Origin: Octopus bimaculoides
Taxonomy: Eukaryota
Direction: 5' to 3'
Assembly: GCF_001194135.2 (NCBI RefSeq)
Contig: NC_068981.1
Location: forward strand, 166,769,549 to 166,833,548
Length of the DNA stretch: 64,000 bases
The translations under genes and the position numbers were made by a program. Under the pieces are notes generated by a model. It saw only the letters and a program-made list of their open reading frames with translations, did no database searches and was not told where the DNA came from. The stretch's first letter is position 1. The number at the start of each line of letters is the position of its first letter. Shown piece after piece: positions 11,145 to 25,500 of the stretch.

Positions 11145-11791
11145 CCATAACCAGTTTAGCATTTTTACTTGGCAAGAACTTGGAAAAATCTTTCCAGAAA
11201 TACTGAGAATACTGGCATAGACCCTGGGCACTGTCTACAATGAAAACAGATTTCAAGATGGAAGACGTTTTGGATTTTAATATCATCAGTTAGAAAATTT
11301 ATCAAAAATGGAAAACTTTGCCTCCAAAATAATATGTCAATCACTTAATGTACATATATGAACAACTGCATAAGGAATGAAACATAGGGAAACTAAACAG
11401 GTAGCAAGGCATTTTTTTTTATTCAGTGATATTGTTAAATTTATACTAGTAGCCAGAGAACAATTTTTCTTTAGGGGGAGGAAAAAAAGAGAAAGAAAGA
11501 ATCTGTTTCACCTGAACAAAGTTTTTTTTCAATGCTTCAACGCTCAAACGTATACATGATCATATATCTGTACTGGCTTTTATGTTGAATTATATGAAGC
11601 TAACTTAGAATAAGAAGCAATGTACATGTGTGCCATATATCTAACATTTTCAACTTTTGTATCAAGTCTGTGTCAGTATTCATGTGAAGTGTGTGAGTGT
11701 TTGGGTATGCATGTGTACACCAGTTAGGAATAATAGTAGACAGTAGTGTCTTTGCTTGTCAAACAATCTCTTGTTGATATAAAAAATTACA

Positions 11792-11797
11792 TTTATT
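11792..11797 (-). promoter_or_regulatory. Candidate AATAAA polyadenylation signal of SEC24C
   Basis: tttatt on plus, ~170 nt past the stop. The region is AT-rich, so other sites are possible. Confidence 0.35.
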
Positions 11798-11968
11798 ACA
11801 GCCTTCCATTTCATGGAATGATAGATTCCCAATGAAAATTTTCTTTCTTTTTTGGTTTGTTATATATATATATATGTATGTGTATATATATATATATATA
11901 CATTAAAAATTTTTGCACATGCGGTATATTTCTAGTGTTGTTTACAACAGAAGAAAAACTGGTTTCTG

Positions 11969-12109
11969 TTAGCTGAGAAGGTTTCGAATTTCTTTATGAA
12001 TGTGGCAGAGGAAGTCAACATAAGAAGCTGAGCCATTCATGCCTTTGTCTTCCACAAGGAAGTGATTGAACCACGGCTCCAATTTGTCTCGCTGTCGAAC
12101 AATAATCAA
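11969..12109 (-). CDS. SEC24C: SEC24C exon 22, terminal (LIIVRQRDK...HFLVEDK...[18 protein letters not shown])
   Basis: Conserved C-terminus; TAA at 11971-11969. Confidence 0.97.
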   Translation of the reverse strand: MIIVRQRDKLEPWFNHFLVEDKGMNGSASYVDFLCHIHKEIRNLLS

Positions 12110-13277
12110 CTGAAAAACAAAATTATAAATTTGTTAAAAGTATAAATGATGTTGGTGACAAGAAATGAATTTGTTTCATTTTCACCCATCTATGTAATGT
12201 CTTTTATCTATTGTAGCAAATTAAAAAGAAAAAAGAAAAAGAAAAGACACAGTGAACATGTTGATAAAGCTTTCTAAGTGAAAAGTTTTTTCAATTATAT
12301 CCCATCCTATCTCAATACTTAACCACCCTTGTCACCTCAGGTGTTTTTAGCAGAGTCTACTCTGTTACTAGTATTCAAGCCAGTTTTCTAGTTTGAGGAT
12401 ATCTTCCACTAGTTTTGGAGGCCATATAATGAGACATGGGCACTGCTTTCCTTTCTAAAAACAGAAGATAAAAAAAAAAGGAACTGCAGTTATGATAAGT
12501 AAAGAGAACTATTGGGTCAGAGGTGGCAGGCAAAAATAACTGGATACAGACATGATTTGGTGATTTCTTAGTTATAAGCACAAATTCACACTTTGAAACT
12601 CTGCCAAATCAGACTGGAGCCTGGTGTTGCCATCCGGTTTCACCAGTCCTCAGTCAAATCGTCCAACCCATGCTAGCATGGAAAGCGGACGTTAAACGAT
12701 GATGATGATGATGATGATGATGATATGAATGAGAAGTGTGTTACAACTGGGCGGTTTGAGCTAACAAACTAAACAGATAGCACTGCATGACACTGTACTA
12801 ATTGGCGAGGACAAGTACTGGAGAATGACCCAAGTACTGAAGAATGACCCAAATACTGAAGAATGACCCAAGATGCCTGGAACCTTGTACTCAAGAAGAC
12901 CTGTACTCTGCAGCAGAAGTGTTTAGACCAGTCCCCCTGGTAGTGAAGATTGACCTGCAAGAGTCTCGTGCCAGTGCCATGTAAAAAGCACTCATAGCGG
13001 TGCCATGTTAAAGCACCCATGAAGTGCCACGTAAAAGTATCCAGCACACACTGTCAAGTGGTTGGTGTTAGGAAGGGCGTCCAACCCATGCCACAGACAA
13101 TGGACGTATGATGATGATTTAAATTATATATATATATATGGCGTTAGGAAGGGCATCCAGCTGTAGAAACTCTGCCAAATCAGATTGGAGCCTGGTGTAG
13201 CCATCTGGTTCACCAGTCCTCAGTGAAATCGTCCAACCCATGCTAGCATGGAAAGCGGACGTTAAATGATAATGATG

Positions 13278-13308
<31 letters not shown>

Positions 13309-16300
13309 ATCACAACAACTTAAAAACAAATCTCCACACTATGTTAGTTGTACTTGTTTTAGCAACCAATATATAGGCCAGCAAAGTTTTAAATCGTAGC
13401 ATGCAACATAGTTTACATTAAACTTTACTACAGAGCATATCCATAGATTTTGGTTATCACTGCATTTATAAATTGAGTGATTAGAAAAATTGCTTTCTAA
13501 CCATGCAATCTTGGGTTCAGTCCCAGTGCATGGTATTTTGGGCAAGTGTCTTCTATAGCCCCAGGCTAACCAAAACCTTGGGAATGGATTTGGTAGATGA
13601 AAACTTTGAGAAGTCTATCATATATGTGCGTTTGTGTGTGTACTTTTGTCTTGACATCATGTAATGACTGTAAATGTCCATTTTGATATCTGGTCTTGGG
13701 GAAATATTGCCTTACTTGGAAACAGGTATAAGTTGGTGACAGGAAAAGCATCCGGCCATAGAAAAATCTGCCTCAACAAAATTCCCTGATATCTATGTAA
13801 CCATGGAAAGATAGATGTTAAACAATGATGATGAGATACATTAGGCAATCTTAAAGAACTGGCACATCAGTAATTTACATATTAGTTAATGACAAGTGCT
13901 TCAAGTCTCTGATAATTGATTATTTGTGCAGTCAAATATAACCCATCACAAATTGTACAGGAAAGATGAAATTTCAACAAAATGAATCAACATCAAAAAG
14001 ACAATTTAAAATGTCAACCAAACATGGCTGTGTGGTAAGAAACTTGCTTCTCAACTACATGATTTAGGGTTCAGTCCCACTGTGTCGGACCTTGGGCAAG
14101 TGTCTTCTACTATAGCCTCAGACCAACCAAAACCTTGTGAGTGAATTTGGTAGACAGAAACTGAAAGAAGTCCATCGTATATATGTCTATATATCTATAT
14201 GTGTGTGTCTTTGTGTCTATGATTACCCCACTACCACCACTTGAAAACCGGTGCTGGTGTGTTTATGCTCCCATAACTTAGTGGTTCAACAAAATAGAAT
14301 GATAGAATAAATACCAGCCTTTTAAAAAATAAGTACTGGGATTGATACATTTGACTCCAAATTCTTCGAGGCAGTGCCCCAGTATGGGTGCAGTCTAATG
14401 ACTGAAACAAGATAAAAGGTAAAAGATAAAGAAATGGCTTACCTTCATTTGTCTGCTGCGTTCCTGTTGTACTATCCTAATAATTGAACGTATTCGCTGT
14501 GATAAAGGATTATCCAATTCTATCAACTTGCACTGAAAAGGAAAAGAGAAAAAAAACCAAACATTTATATTTGCTTTCTGATTGGATACAGTAGAAAGAA
14601 AATAACTATATTTCATAAACAAGTTAATCTTTGAAGTGAATAAATTATATAATACAGAGAGAGAGAGAGAGAGACAAACAAAGGATAGAAACATCTATAC
14701 TGTTTTAACTTATTACAAAGAATTTAACTTATTACTAAGAATTTAATTTCTTACTACAAAATTATGTTTATTTAATTTTTTTTTTTTGTCTTTTTAGAAA
14801 TCTGAAAAAGAATTATACTTAGAATTTCAAAATCTAAATTATAATGAACAAAAAGATAAAAATAAATGCATAAAAGTAATAATAACAATGATGACTTTAT
14901 TTAGTATGTAACTAAACTTATAAGAGAAATGGGTAATTCTGTTAGGCATGCCTTTCCTAGGGGCAATGGTGGAATATATAAAGTATTTTTAACAGAAAAT
15001 CAAAGAAAGTGTGTAGCAGATTCCATTCAATAAGAACTTACTGTCACACCGCATTCATACTATCAATAATAATAGCAAACAAGCATTAAGAGAGAGACTA
15101 TCTCATCAGCTGACTAGCTAGAAACAGCAGCCAAACCTCCCTTAAATCACACATACTATGGTATTAGAATATAAAGGAAATATTGGACAATGTAGCCAAA
15201 GGTGAGCTGGTCACCTCAAAAGACAGCTTCACCAGGGTTCAGATGACACTAAACAAACCATAAGTTTCTTCCATAAATATATATATTAAAAAAAAGGGGG
15301 CAATTTTTTAGGAAGAATCGACAGTGTGACCTTCCCAAAGACTATAAATAACTTAAAGCAGTCAATTAGGCATTGAAACTGGGTCACACCAGCAACATGT
15401 CACCTGTCATTAATAATTACTCAAAATATATAAAGGACATGAAACAAAGAGTGTTGTACATTCCTTTCCTAAAGGTACAAAGTAAAACAATTAAAAAAAG
15501 GGTCAAAATTAATTTGTCTTGACAAACCATGAACATATAAATGAACTAAAAGCTCTCTACCTAATAATAATTTCTTAAAAGGCATAATTTCAGTTGTTCA
15601 AAGGGAATATATTTATTTCTATCGATGTTTTATCAAAGATTCTTATTTTCTCTTAACTGATATACAATTACTTCTATAGATATAAATCACAAATAATTTC
15701 AGCAACAGATTTACTTGAGTGAATCAAGTTGGTATATTACAAGCACTTACTTTATCATGCCCTCACAATAAGTTAACCCCTAAAAGTGGACACAGAGAGA
15801 CAGAACTAAATACTGAAAGGCATTTCCAACTCCAAATTGAACAGTGAAACATGAAGAAACTGATGAAGGTTTACATTAGCAAATAGCTAGTAGAAAACTT
15901 TTACAAAGTGGAATAAATCAGTTTGTTATGAAGACATTTTCGACAGCACACATGATCAGAGAAAGACAAAATGTTCTCGTGATCATTTCATCTTTCTTTG
16001 ATGAAGGGTCCTGTCTGAAATGTTAGATTTATCTTCTTCATGACAAACTTATTTATTTCACTTGATGAACTTTTGCTCAATCCAATCTGTGACAATTGAA
16101 GCACTTCAGAATTCACTCTCTGCCCACATTTCCCCCTCCAGGTTAGCAATCAAGCTGAGCATCAACTGCATCTACTTCCCCAATCTGAGAGGAAAGGTCA
16201 TAGGCACTGCTTCTTGTCTTTCCACACCAAACAAGAGGGAGAGAAGTGAGGTGACTGTCAAGATATGTACAATTTTTTATTGTTGAAATTGTTAGAGAAT

Positions 16301-16673
16301 TAAAGCCACTTAAATTAAAAAGACAATCTTTTTTTCTTTCAATAAATTCATGAACTTAATGTGCCTAGAATAAATTTTAAAACAGGTATATTAGTTATAA
16401 ATCTAACTAAAACTGGAGCACAAACAGACACTTTCTTCCACACCATACACACAGTTTTCCAAAGCATCTGAAAAGAGAAGAGCAATTAGACTGAAATTGT
16501 AGAAGTACTTTGTCAATATCGATCTGGGCAGCACTTTGTACTCCAAACACCATTTGCACCCATTCAGGACTTACATTGTGGCCAAGCCACAAGTACATTG
16601 TTAATCCATTTTCTGTGAACAGAACAGAAAGAAACAAAGGTATAATAAAACTCTTTAAAAACACAAACAAGAT

Positions 16674-16721
<48 letters not shown>

Positions 16722-17301
16722 TATGTGGGTACAGGACATCAAAACATAAACATGAAATACAAAGACAAACTTGGGTATGCAAACGAGAGAAACAAATGGA
16801 AAACAAGACAAGTAACATAAAGAATGACCCTTCATCAGTTGTTGGCTGTCCATCTACTACTCATTTCGAGCATTTAACGATAATACGAGGCTCCAAAAGG
16901 CAGTTGCTCCTGCGAAGCAAAATAAAATTTGGGATTTGCGGAGGGTCAAAGTTGGTAACAAAAACAGGACAGAGAAGACATACAACAAACATGGAGGGCC
17001 GTTAGGCCAGACAAGATAAGGTAGTGAATGCTGTAGGAATATTGTCTTTGACAACAGAAAAGATAGAAGAGGAGACAGATAAGAGTGTGTCTAGTCTGTA
17101 TGACAGACTGAAGGAAAAGAAATATGGACATTGGTCATGTGTAAGCAAGGAGAAGGAGAGATGAACAGATAGAAAACAGTGAAGGGGAGAAAAAAGAATT
17201 AGAGAAAGGATGAGAGAGAACAGTACAGGGTAGAGTCGCATCAAAATTAAGATAAACTTACTTAGAAATGGATGCGTGGCATTCAATCATATAATATAAA
17301 T

Positions 17302-17355
<54 letters not shown>

Positions 17356-19475
17356 TTTATGGGTACAGGACATCACAAAACGTAAATAACATGAAATACG
17401 AAATATGTAAACAATATGAAATACGAAGACAAACTTGGGTATGCAAGCAATGAGAGAAACAAATGGAAAACAAGACAAGTAGCATAAATATATATATATA
17501 TACACACACACACATATACAAAGATGTCTATGTAGATATACAAACCTGTGTGTATGTGTGAGTGTGTTTATATATATGTATATATGTTTATATTCATTGG
17601 AGCTGATAACTGGTCTCCTACTACTACATATTCATTTAAGTGAACATATAAACATAAGAAACAATAGCAAAGAAGTAAATCATCAATTCCAAATGAATAA
17701 ATATATAAATAAGTTACACAGCATATGTTCAGTAACTTCCCCCCTCGATTTATGCACCCAAATGCATATTTAGATATGTGTGAGATGCATGTGTGTACAC
17801 ATATGTTCTTTTAAAGAATGTGTTCTAGTCATGTTTCAATATCAGCAAGAAACTGTGACCATGTTGTTGTTAGACATGTAAGTCTTTCATGCAACTGAAT
17901 TTTTACAGCTTTCCTGTTAAGGTGAAACAAGCAGTGCAATAGTTAATGAAAGATTTGAACCTATCTCCCACATTAAGTAAAGAATAATCTTGTTTTCACT
18001 GTAATCATGTCTACTTTGCTTTACAATCAACTTTTTCATAGACCGATTTTTTTTTCTTCATATATGAAAATTTATATAATAATTTTTTTCTAATTTTGGT
18101 ACAAGGTGAGCAACTGAGGAGAGGGGCAAGTTGACTTCACTGATCCCAGTGCTTTACTAGTACTTTATTTTGTTGACCCTCAAAAGATGAAAAACAAAGT
18201 TGATCTTGATTTTTGCTCACAGAACATAAAAACATAAAAAGAGCTGCTAAGTGTTTTGTCTGGTACTGTAATGATTCTGCCAGCTGGCCAACTTGCTGCT
18301 GAAGTCAACCTTAATGGAATTTCAGCTCAGAACTTGAAGACAGATGAAATGCAGTTAAGCATTTTGCCCAGCATGCTAACGATTCTGCCAGCTTGCTACC
18401 ATAATAATAATAATACTAATGGAAACTATTGATCTGTTGTATATTAATAACATGATAGTGAGGTATGAATGAGAAAGAACTTGAATGTTGGCTAGATAGA
18501 TAATAAGAAAGCCAATGATAAATGTTTCACGCTGTTGGTTCTTGGCGTTCCTGAGAACACTTGGGATCAATGAGAAGATTAACAGATTTTTATTTAGAAA
18601 AGAACTGAAATCATGGGAAGTAGAACTAAAATGCGGAGATGAATCATCTGGTAATACGAAAATTCACAGGGGGATAGATATTCTATCTCTTAAGCGAATG
18701 CAGTAAGCTAACAGAGGAAGAGAATAAATACAGGCATAACTATCAGTAAAAGAGGGCATTGGGGTATTAGCTAAATGTGTGGTTTCAAAGTGGTATGAAT
18801 ATGAACCAGAGGCAGAGATGGGGAATAATAATTACAAGGGTTTATGGGATTTCTTATGTAGACTGATCTTAAAATTGAAGCAGGTGGACTAGATATGACA
18901 GCAGACAACAGAAAAAATCCAAAATAAAACAGTGTAAGATTATAGACTTTGTTAAATCATATGATAACAGAGTTGATACAAAAAAAAATTGAAAAGTATC
19001 AAGGTCTAGTGAGATAGATGAAATTGTGACAGATAACACTCAACTGCTCCCTAAGAGGATGAAATTAAGGCATGCACTGTCAACCTGCAGAAAAGTGCAA
19101 TCCTAAGAAAGAGTCTCGAGATTTGAGAGGACCTCTTGTTACAAAGCCTCAAGACAATTTTCCTGCTAACAAAAGTAGCATGTAATAGCTTGATAACACT
19201 ACTAACAATAAATTACCATTATTACTACTACTACTACTACTGGTTGCAAGATGGCAAAACTGTTAGCACACTGGACAAAATGCTAAGCAGCATTTCATTT
19301 ATCTTCATGTTCTGAGCTCAAATTCCACCAAGGTTGATTTTGCCTTTCATCCTTTCAGGGTTGATAAGATAAGTAGAAGTTTTGTACTTTGGGGATGAGA
19401 GAAGGTAGGGTTGATGTAACTGACTTCTCCTCCCTGCCTTCTAAAACTGCTGGCCCTGTGCCAAAGTTTGAAACC

Positions 19476-19528
<53 letters not shown>

Positions 19529-22500
19529 CACCAAAAACTGTCTTTGGATCTATTTGTGCCATATTCCTGGAAAATAACTTCTATTTATTCATGCCAGACC
19601 ATCCCTAAATGCAACTGAAATTTTGAAGGTAAAAATAGTCTCTTTCTGCCAGAAAATAGATATATTTATTTAGTGCTGTGGCAGTTGTTTATAGAACTGA
19701 ATGTCCTTCTTACTGGTAGCTACTTGATTGTGAGGCAAGAGTGGAAAATGTCGTTATCATCAGCCTGGCAAACTAAGGCGAGTAGTGTTATACAAGCTAG
19801 TCAAAGGACATCACAATGACTGTTATAAGGTTTGAATTCATGGCTTTATGATTAGCATTCCTTCACAATAAAGGTATTGTTACTGTGATTCTGTTTTCAC
19901 TAATAGTTTTACACTCAGAACTGGACGATTTTTAAAAAAAATTCAAATCTTTGCATATTGTTGGCGCAAGTATTCTAATAGCAAAGTGTGCATGTAACTG
20001 TTAATCATCCAACATGTAACTTGTGTCAGTCAGTCAGGTTTAGAAAGGTAATGCACAGATTATTTATTGGCTGTAGTAAATTTTGAACTCATGACTATGT
20101 GGTCAGTAATGCAGCACCTACTTTAACTCTTTTGATTCCAACCTATCTGAAACTTCCTTTGGTCCTATGATAGAAACTTTTTGCTTTGAAGTGGTTTAAG
20201 TTAAAACTGTCCATCAAAATTTCATGTCAAATCATGTTCCAAACACTAGCATAATAATGAGAAAGTTATTTTACTAAATTCCTTCTTTATATTTAAAATT
20301 AATAGAAACAAAAACTGTATTTCAATAAAAATATGATAATAAAAGGTCTAAAGCACTGCAGTAGAGGTTAATATCCAAAAACATATGAAATTTACAAATT
20401 ATTAATGAGTTAATATATTTTGTTTAAAGTGTTGAATAAATTCTAACATTGTTATAATGTTTAAAGTTGCATTACAGTATAGCATGGGGGAGACAGCAGC
20501 TTGATTACTGACCAAGAAGACATGGGCTCAAACTTTGCTTTATAACATAATATTGTATTTTTAAGCAAGGTACATTATTTCGAGTTAATGTTAGCTGTTA
20601 ATTAATGGAGATTGATTAAAAGTTTTTGGTACAGAAACAGGGTACCAACTTAAAGATGTTAAAGATATATGTTCTATAATTACAAAGTCATGGTATATTG
20701 TAAAAAAAAAAAAAAAGGGCGATGATGAGGAATTGTTGAAGGATATGATGATGTAGGAGGACATGGTGATGTGGTATTGTGGGAGGATATGGTGATGTGC
20801 AAATAGAATGGTTATTCAGCATTCTATAAGATGGGGGTCAAGTGAAATTGTAGAGTGGACAGAGTGGTGTCATGCAATTTCAGAAAGAGATCAAATATAT
20901 CATTGTTGAGTAGGAAGGGCAATGTTGTGGCATTGTAGAGATATAGCTATGTTGTGGCATTGTAGAGATGGTAGGGTCATGTTGAGATTACATTGTTTGA
21001 TACCATACATACCAAGGAAATAAATTCCATTGTCATCAAGCCTTTCTAGGGAACACCGTACAGCTTTTGGTAAATAGTCTTCAACCAATTCATCTGATAT
21101 TGATTCATCAATATGATGCTGAAAAACAAAAATAACATTTATTTGAAACTACTACCTGCAGGAAAGGAAATTAAATCAACCAAAAGACTGAAATTAAACA
21201 GTAAGAAACACTATTTCTATTCATTGTCAAACAAAACTGCATGTCAAGTTGAGATAGTTGAGGTTTTAGGTTGAAAACTAAAGCAAAAAAATGACCCCTT
21301 TCAAAGAACTGAGAGGCAGTTTTAATTTACTAAAGCAATTAGCATCAGAAGAAAAAAACCTTCAACCATGGAAATATAAAGAATACTGTAGCCATTTGAT
21401 CAATAAAAATAAATAAGAAAATTCACTGTAAGATAAATACCATGTTCTTAAAATGTTAGCACAAGATCTTGTTTCATTATGGTCAGATAAGCTGGAAAAT
21501 AGATAGTGGTACAAGCAAGGAATAACTTTTAGTATCTAATCAGTGGCACAGTAGTTGTAAGGTTAAGGACTTTGGTTATTTCTGTAGGCACTTAAAGTTA
21601 ATTTTTGGTAATACTGTTGAACATCAGGTTTTTTCATATTTCATTGAAGAAAGAACTAAGTAATGAACTAAGTAAAAGATGTATATCAAACATTTTGTAT
21701 GGATTTTGGTGACTGATTTGAAGAAATATTTAATTAGGGAGTCGGTTTACTGTTGGAGAGTGAATATGTATTTGAAGTAATATGCTATAGTGAATGGTTG
21801 TGACTTTGATGCCAATAATCACTGTGAGGTATTTGATTCATGACTGCTTTCATTGTTTAGTAACTCAATGCTGAGTTCTATTTCTGTTGTATATGATGTC
21901 CCCACGTTTTCTTTGAAACCGTCTCTTGTTTTTATCAGGTTGAGTGTTGTGCAGTTATGGTTGTATTAGTTTATGATATTACTTAGTAAAATTGGTGTGC
22001 TATAGTTTGTATATTGTGACTGAATTAGTCCCTTGTTGGAAATGGCTCCACTGGGCTTTTTAGATGTTTGTAAAGTTTTTTTGTTCACTGATATATAATG
22101 ATGATGGGCAAGTTTAAAGATGAAATTTTATAGATGTTTAACATGTGGTTGTGATAGGTGTATGGAAGTGAAAAAGGTAGATGGATAGAAGTTACTGCAG
22201 TTAGTTTAGTAAGCTATATTGATGTTAGTGTATGTTGTTTAGGATATACAGATAGTTTAGTTTGATATTATTGAGTCATCTTGTGTGCTTCCTGTAATGT
22301 ATTGTACAATGTTAGAATTTTTGCCAGCAGTACAAAAAAAAGCACCCAGTACACACTGTAAAGTGATTTTTATCCCCACTTAAATGTGGATGTTTTGGCA
22401 GGGAGATGAGTCGCTGCTTTCTGTAGCAGTCAAGTGTCCATCGTTGACAAGACCAAAGAAGGTCGAAATCATGTGATCTGGTGGTCTCAGAGCTGGAGGT

Positions 22501-25500
22501 GGCAGGGATTTATCTCCCTGCTAGCAATATAAACAAGAGTGCATTTTGCTTCAAAAGCCAACATGAGAGTTTCTCTCATGGTATCTACCGTAATATAGTT
22601 TATTCTAAAAGAACATTTACATTTAAGTGGGGATGAATATTATCTCTCGGTATTAATGCTATTTTCTGTTGCTAATATATATTTTTTTAACAAGCACACT
22701 GTAAAGTAGTTGGTATTAGGGAAAAGCTATAAAATGCAAACCAAAGCTGTTATTGGAGCACAACACAGCTCTGTAACTTATTGGAATCACTTAAACTGTC
22801 CAACCATGGGTGTGTAATGTAGCAGAATGCATTCCCTTATTATACTAGTGAGTTTTATGTTGCTGATTTTGTCTTTAATACATACATTCAAATGTGTTAT
22901 ATTTGTGGAATCTTTTTAGTGGATTCTATATATGTTATAGAACTTTCAATTTAGCTTTAGATTCCAAAGAATTTTGACAGCATAATTTATGTGGACACAT
23001 ACTCAGAAGCTAATCACAATCAAACTAAAACTGTACAAGAATTTCTTTCCTTCAAAATAACAAAACAATGAGAGAATGAATATTAGAAGTATCATAAATT
23101 CAAGTATTCCAACTTATTGGAGTTTAAACTCAAGATTGAGAAGACCCTGTTTTGGGGTTCTAGCTTTACTTTTCGTTTTTTCAATTATTGCAAAAGGGAT
23201 GTAGTGCGTTAAGTATTTTAAATTTACTGAAAGTCACTGGTATAAGACTGCAGCTTGTTTAGCTATGTTTGTATAACTGTTATGATTTTTTTTTATGGCT
23301 TCATCAGATGCACTATAATAACAACAATGGACTATAATAACTGTTGTAATTTAATCACCCATAGTCTGATATAATATTTCAGAATATAAAAATTCGTTTT
23401 TCAGATATCCCTAGGAAGTGATGGAGTTGCTGCTATAATCGGTTTTCCAACGGCTTTTTTTTTTACTTTGTGTGGTGTTTGATTCATATGTCTGTTTTCA
23501 TTGTTTAGTAACTTATATATATTATACACAAGCACATAAACCCCTTTCCACATAATTGCTATCAACTAAATTTCATTCAAAGTTATTATTCAACCTTTGG
23601 CTCTGACAGAAAACACTTGGCCAAGATGCTGTGCAATGGGATTAAAATCAGAATCGCATGTTTACAAAGCAAACTATCTAACCACACACAGCACATACTA
23701 TTTGCAAGTGTGTGAACACTGGTGCTTGGATATTTCTACTTTTACCATTTTCTTTTTGTCTAGTTTGTGCAGTCTTCATTATCTCATGTTTGGTGTTATA
23801 CTGTCAATTTTTTACCATTTGCATATTGTGCTTAGCATTGCATACTGTTGTTAAAATCGAATTATTGAAGATAGTCGCAAGTCACTTGAGAGACATTTGT
23901 CTGCTAACAGTTGCAGATCAAGTGATTGCATAAGAGGATACTTTTTGGGTTCAATTTAGAAAATATTAATGTAAATCATGGCTAGTAAATTAATTAAGAA
24001 CATTAGAACAGAATATCAAATGCCTAAGAGTGTATAATAAAATATTGTAAAAGACTGAATAAAGGATATAGCAAGTGGCCATAGTTAACTTACCAGAGGA
24101 AGAAGTCGAGGGTAGAAAAATACATTAGTTGATTTAACATCCATTGCATTTAACAACAACAAGCAGTAACTTCTATCATCTGTTGGAACTTCAGAGCCTG
24201 TCAGAAAATGAATAGTCACATTAGTAATTTATTACCACAATAATATTGATCTAACTGAAAAGTAAACGGGCTCTAAGTGAATCTTCATATGTGGAATTGA
24301 ATGCAAGCCAAAAATGAATGCTTTCTGTTATATGTTCAATATATCTAAATATTTTATTTCATATCCTGACAGAGTTGATCTTGCCTTCAACTTAAGGACA
24401 ATGGGAGGAAATCTGACAAAATAAGTACAATTAATATACACAAGATTCATTCTGCTCAATATGTCTTTCCCTTACAGAAGTCATCTTTGTGTATATTCAA
24501 AGGTCATTCTCGTAAAGTCACAAATCTCTATAATTCAAGGTGATTTATGTTTCTGTACTAGGTTTGCAAGATTCTTGATGTGAAATAGTATGTTGAAATA
24601 GATTTTGTTGTACCTTGAGAGGGTCATATTGCTCATAAAAAACATACATACATAGGTTCTAATTCACTTCTTTCATTATTGCAAGTCAATTTGTAAACCA
24701 ATTTACTAATCAATTGTTAGATTAATCACATCATTGATGAGGTCACAAATATTGACAAAAGGACTATGATGGACCTAGATGATTGAGTGATTGAATGATT
24801 AATCAAACAACTGATCAGTTAGTTGGTTAAATGGCTAACTAATTAACTAATAGCAATAAAAGAAGTGCATGTGCTTATTAATGGCATAATGTCCTTCCCA
24901 AGATACAACAAAAAATTTACTTTTTTTCTCTTTTTCATTTTCACACATTCCATTCTTCATGCTGATGTGTGTGGATTGATTGAGTAAAATATGTCATTTT
25001 TTCATGAATTGTTTTGTTTTTCTCAAGTCTGGATGTCCTTTCTAATGCCATTCATTCACCTATCTTCTCTGCTCACTTTTCCTGGAAGGAACACAGGGAT
25101 GGAGTCCTCAGGTACCTTCTTCATAAGATTTTATTAGAAGTTATTCTGGATTCCCAAATGTGACCAACTGAATCTTTCGATGTTATCCATCCATCTCATT
25201 CTTGGTCTACTCTCAAGGTCTCATGCTGAATGGCATGGCTTAAAGAATCCGTCTAGTGATTCTTTCCTGCAACATTCTAATCACATGTCCACAGTACTGG
25301 AACTGTAACATTTCAATCTGGAAAAGTAGTAGTTCAACCTGGAGACACTCCCTGATCTCCAGGCTATACATCCCACTGGGTAATGTTACTCCCCTTCAAG
25401 GGAGCCTCATTTCGGGTGCTTGTGTTTATGATCATACTCTTTCAGTCATTACTCAACGTTTATGATCATAGATGAAATAGGCTCAAAAGCTGAATTGAAG

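Noticed and set aside
11258-11292. Minus-strand CTGATGA...CAAAACGTC hammerhead-like string
   Set aside because: Stem II and stem I pair poorly and GAAA is broken; compatible with chance.
12812-12872. Short direct repeats resembling a CRISPR array
   Set aside because: Head-to-tail 19-bp units with no spacers, in eukaryotic DNA; an ordinary minisatellite.
21560-22310. Strongly strand-biased (A/C-rich on minus) segment, perhaps a decayed retroelement ORF
   Set aside because: No diagnostic motif could be read with confidence.
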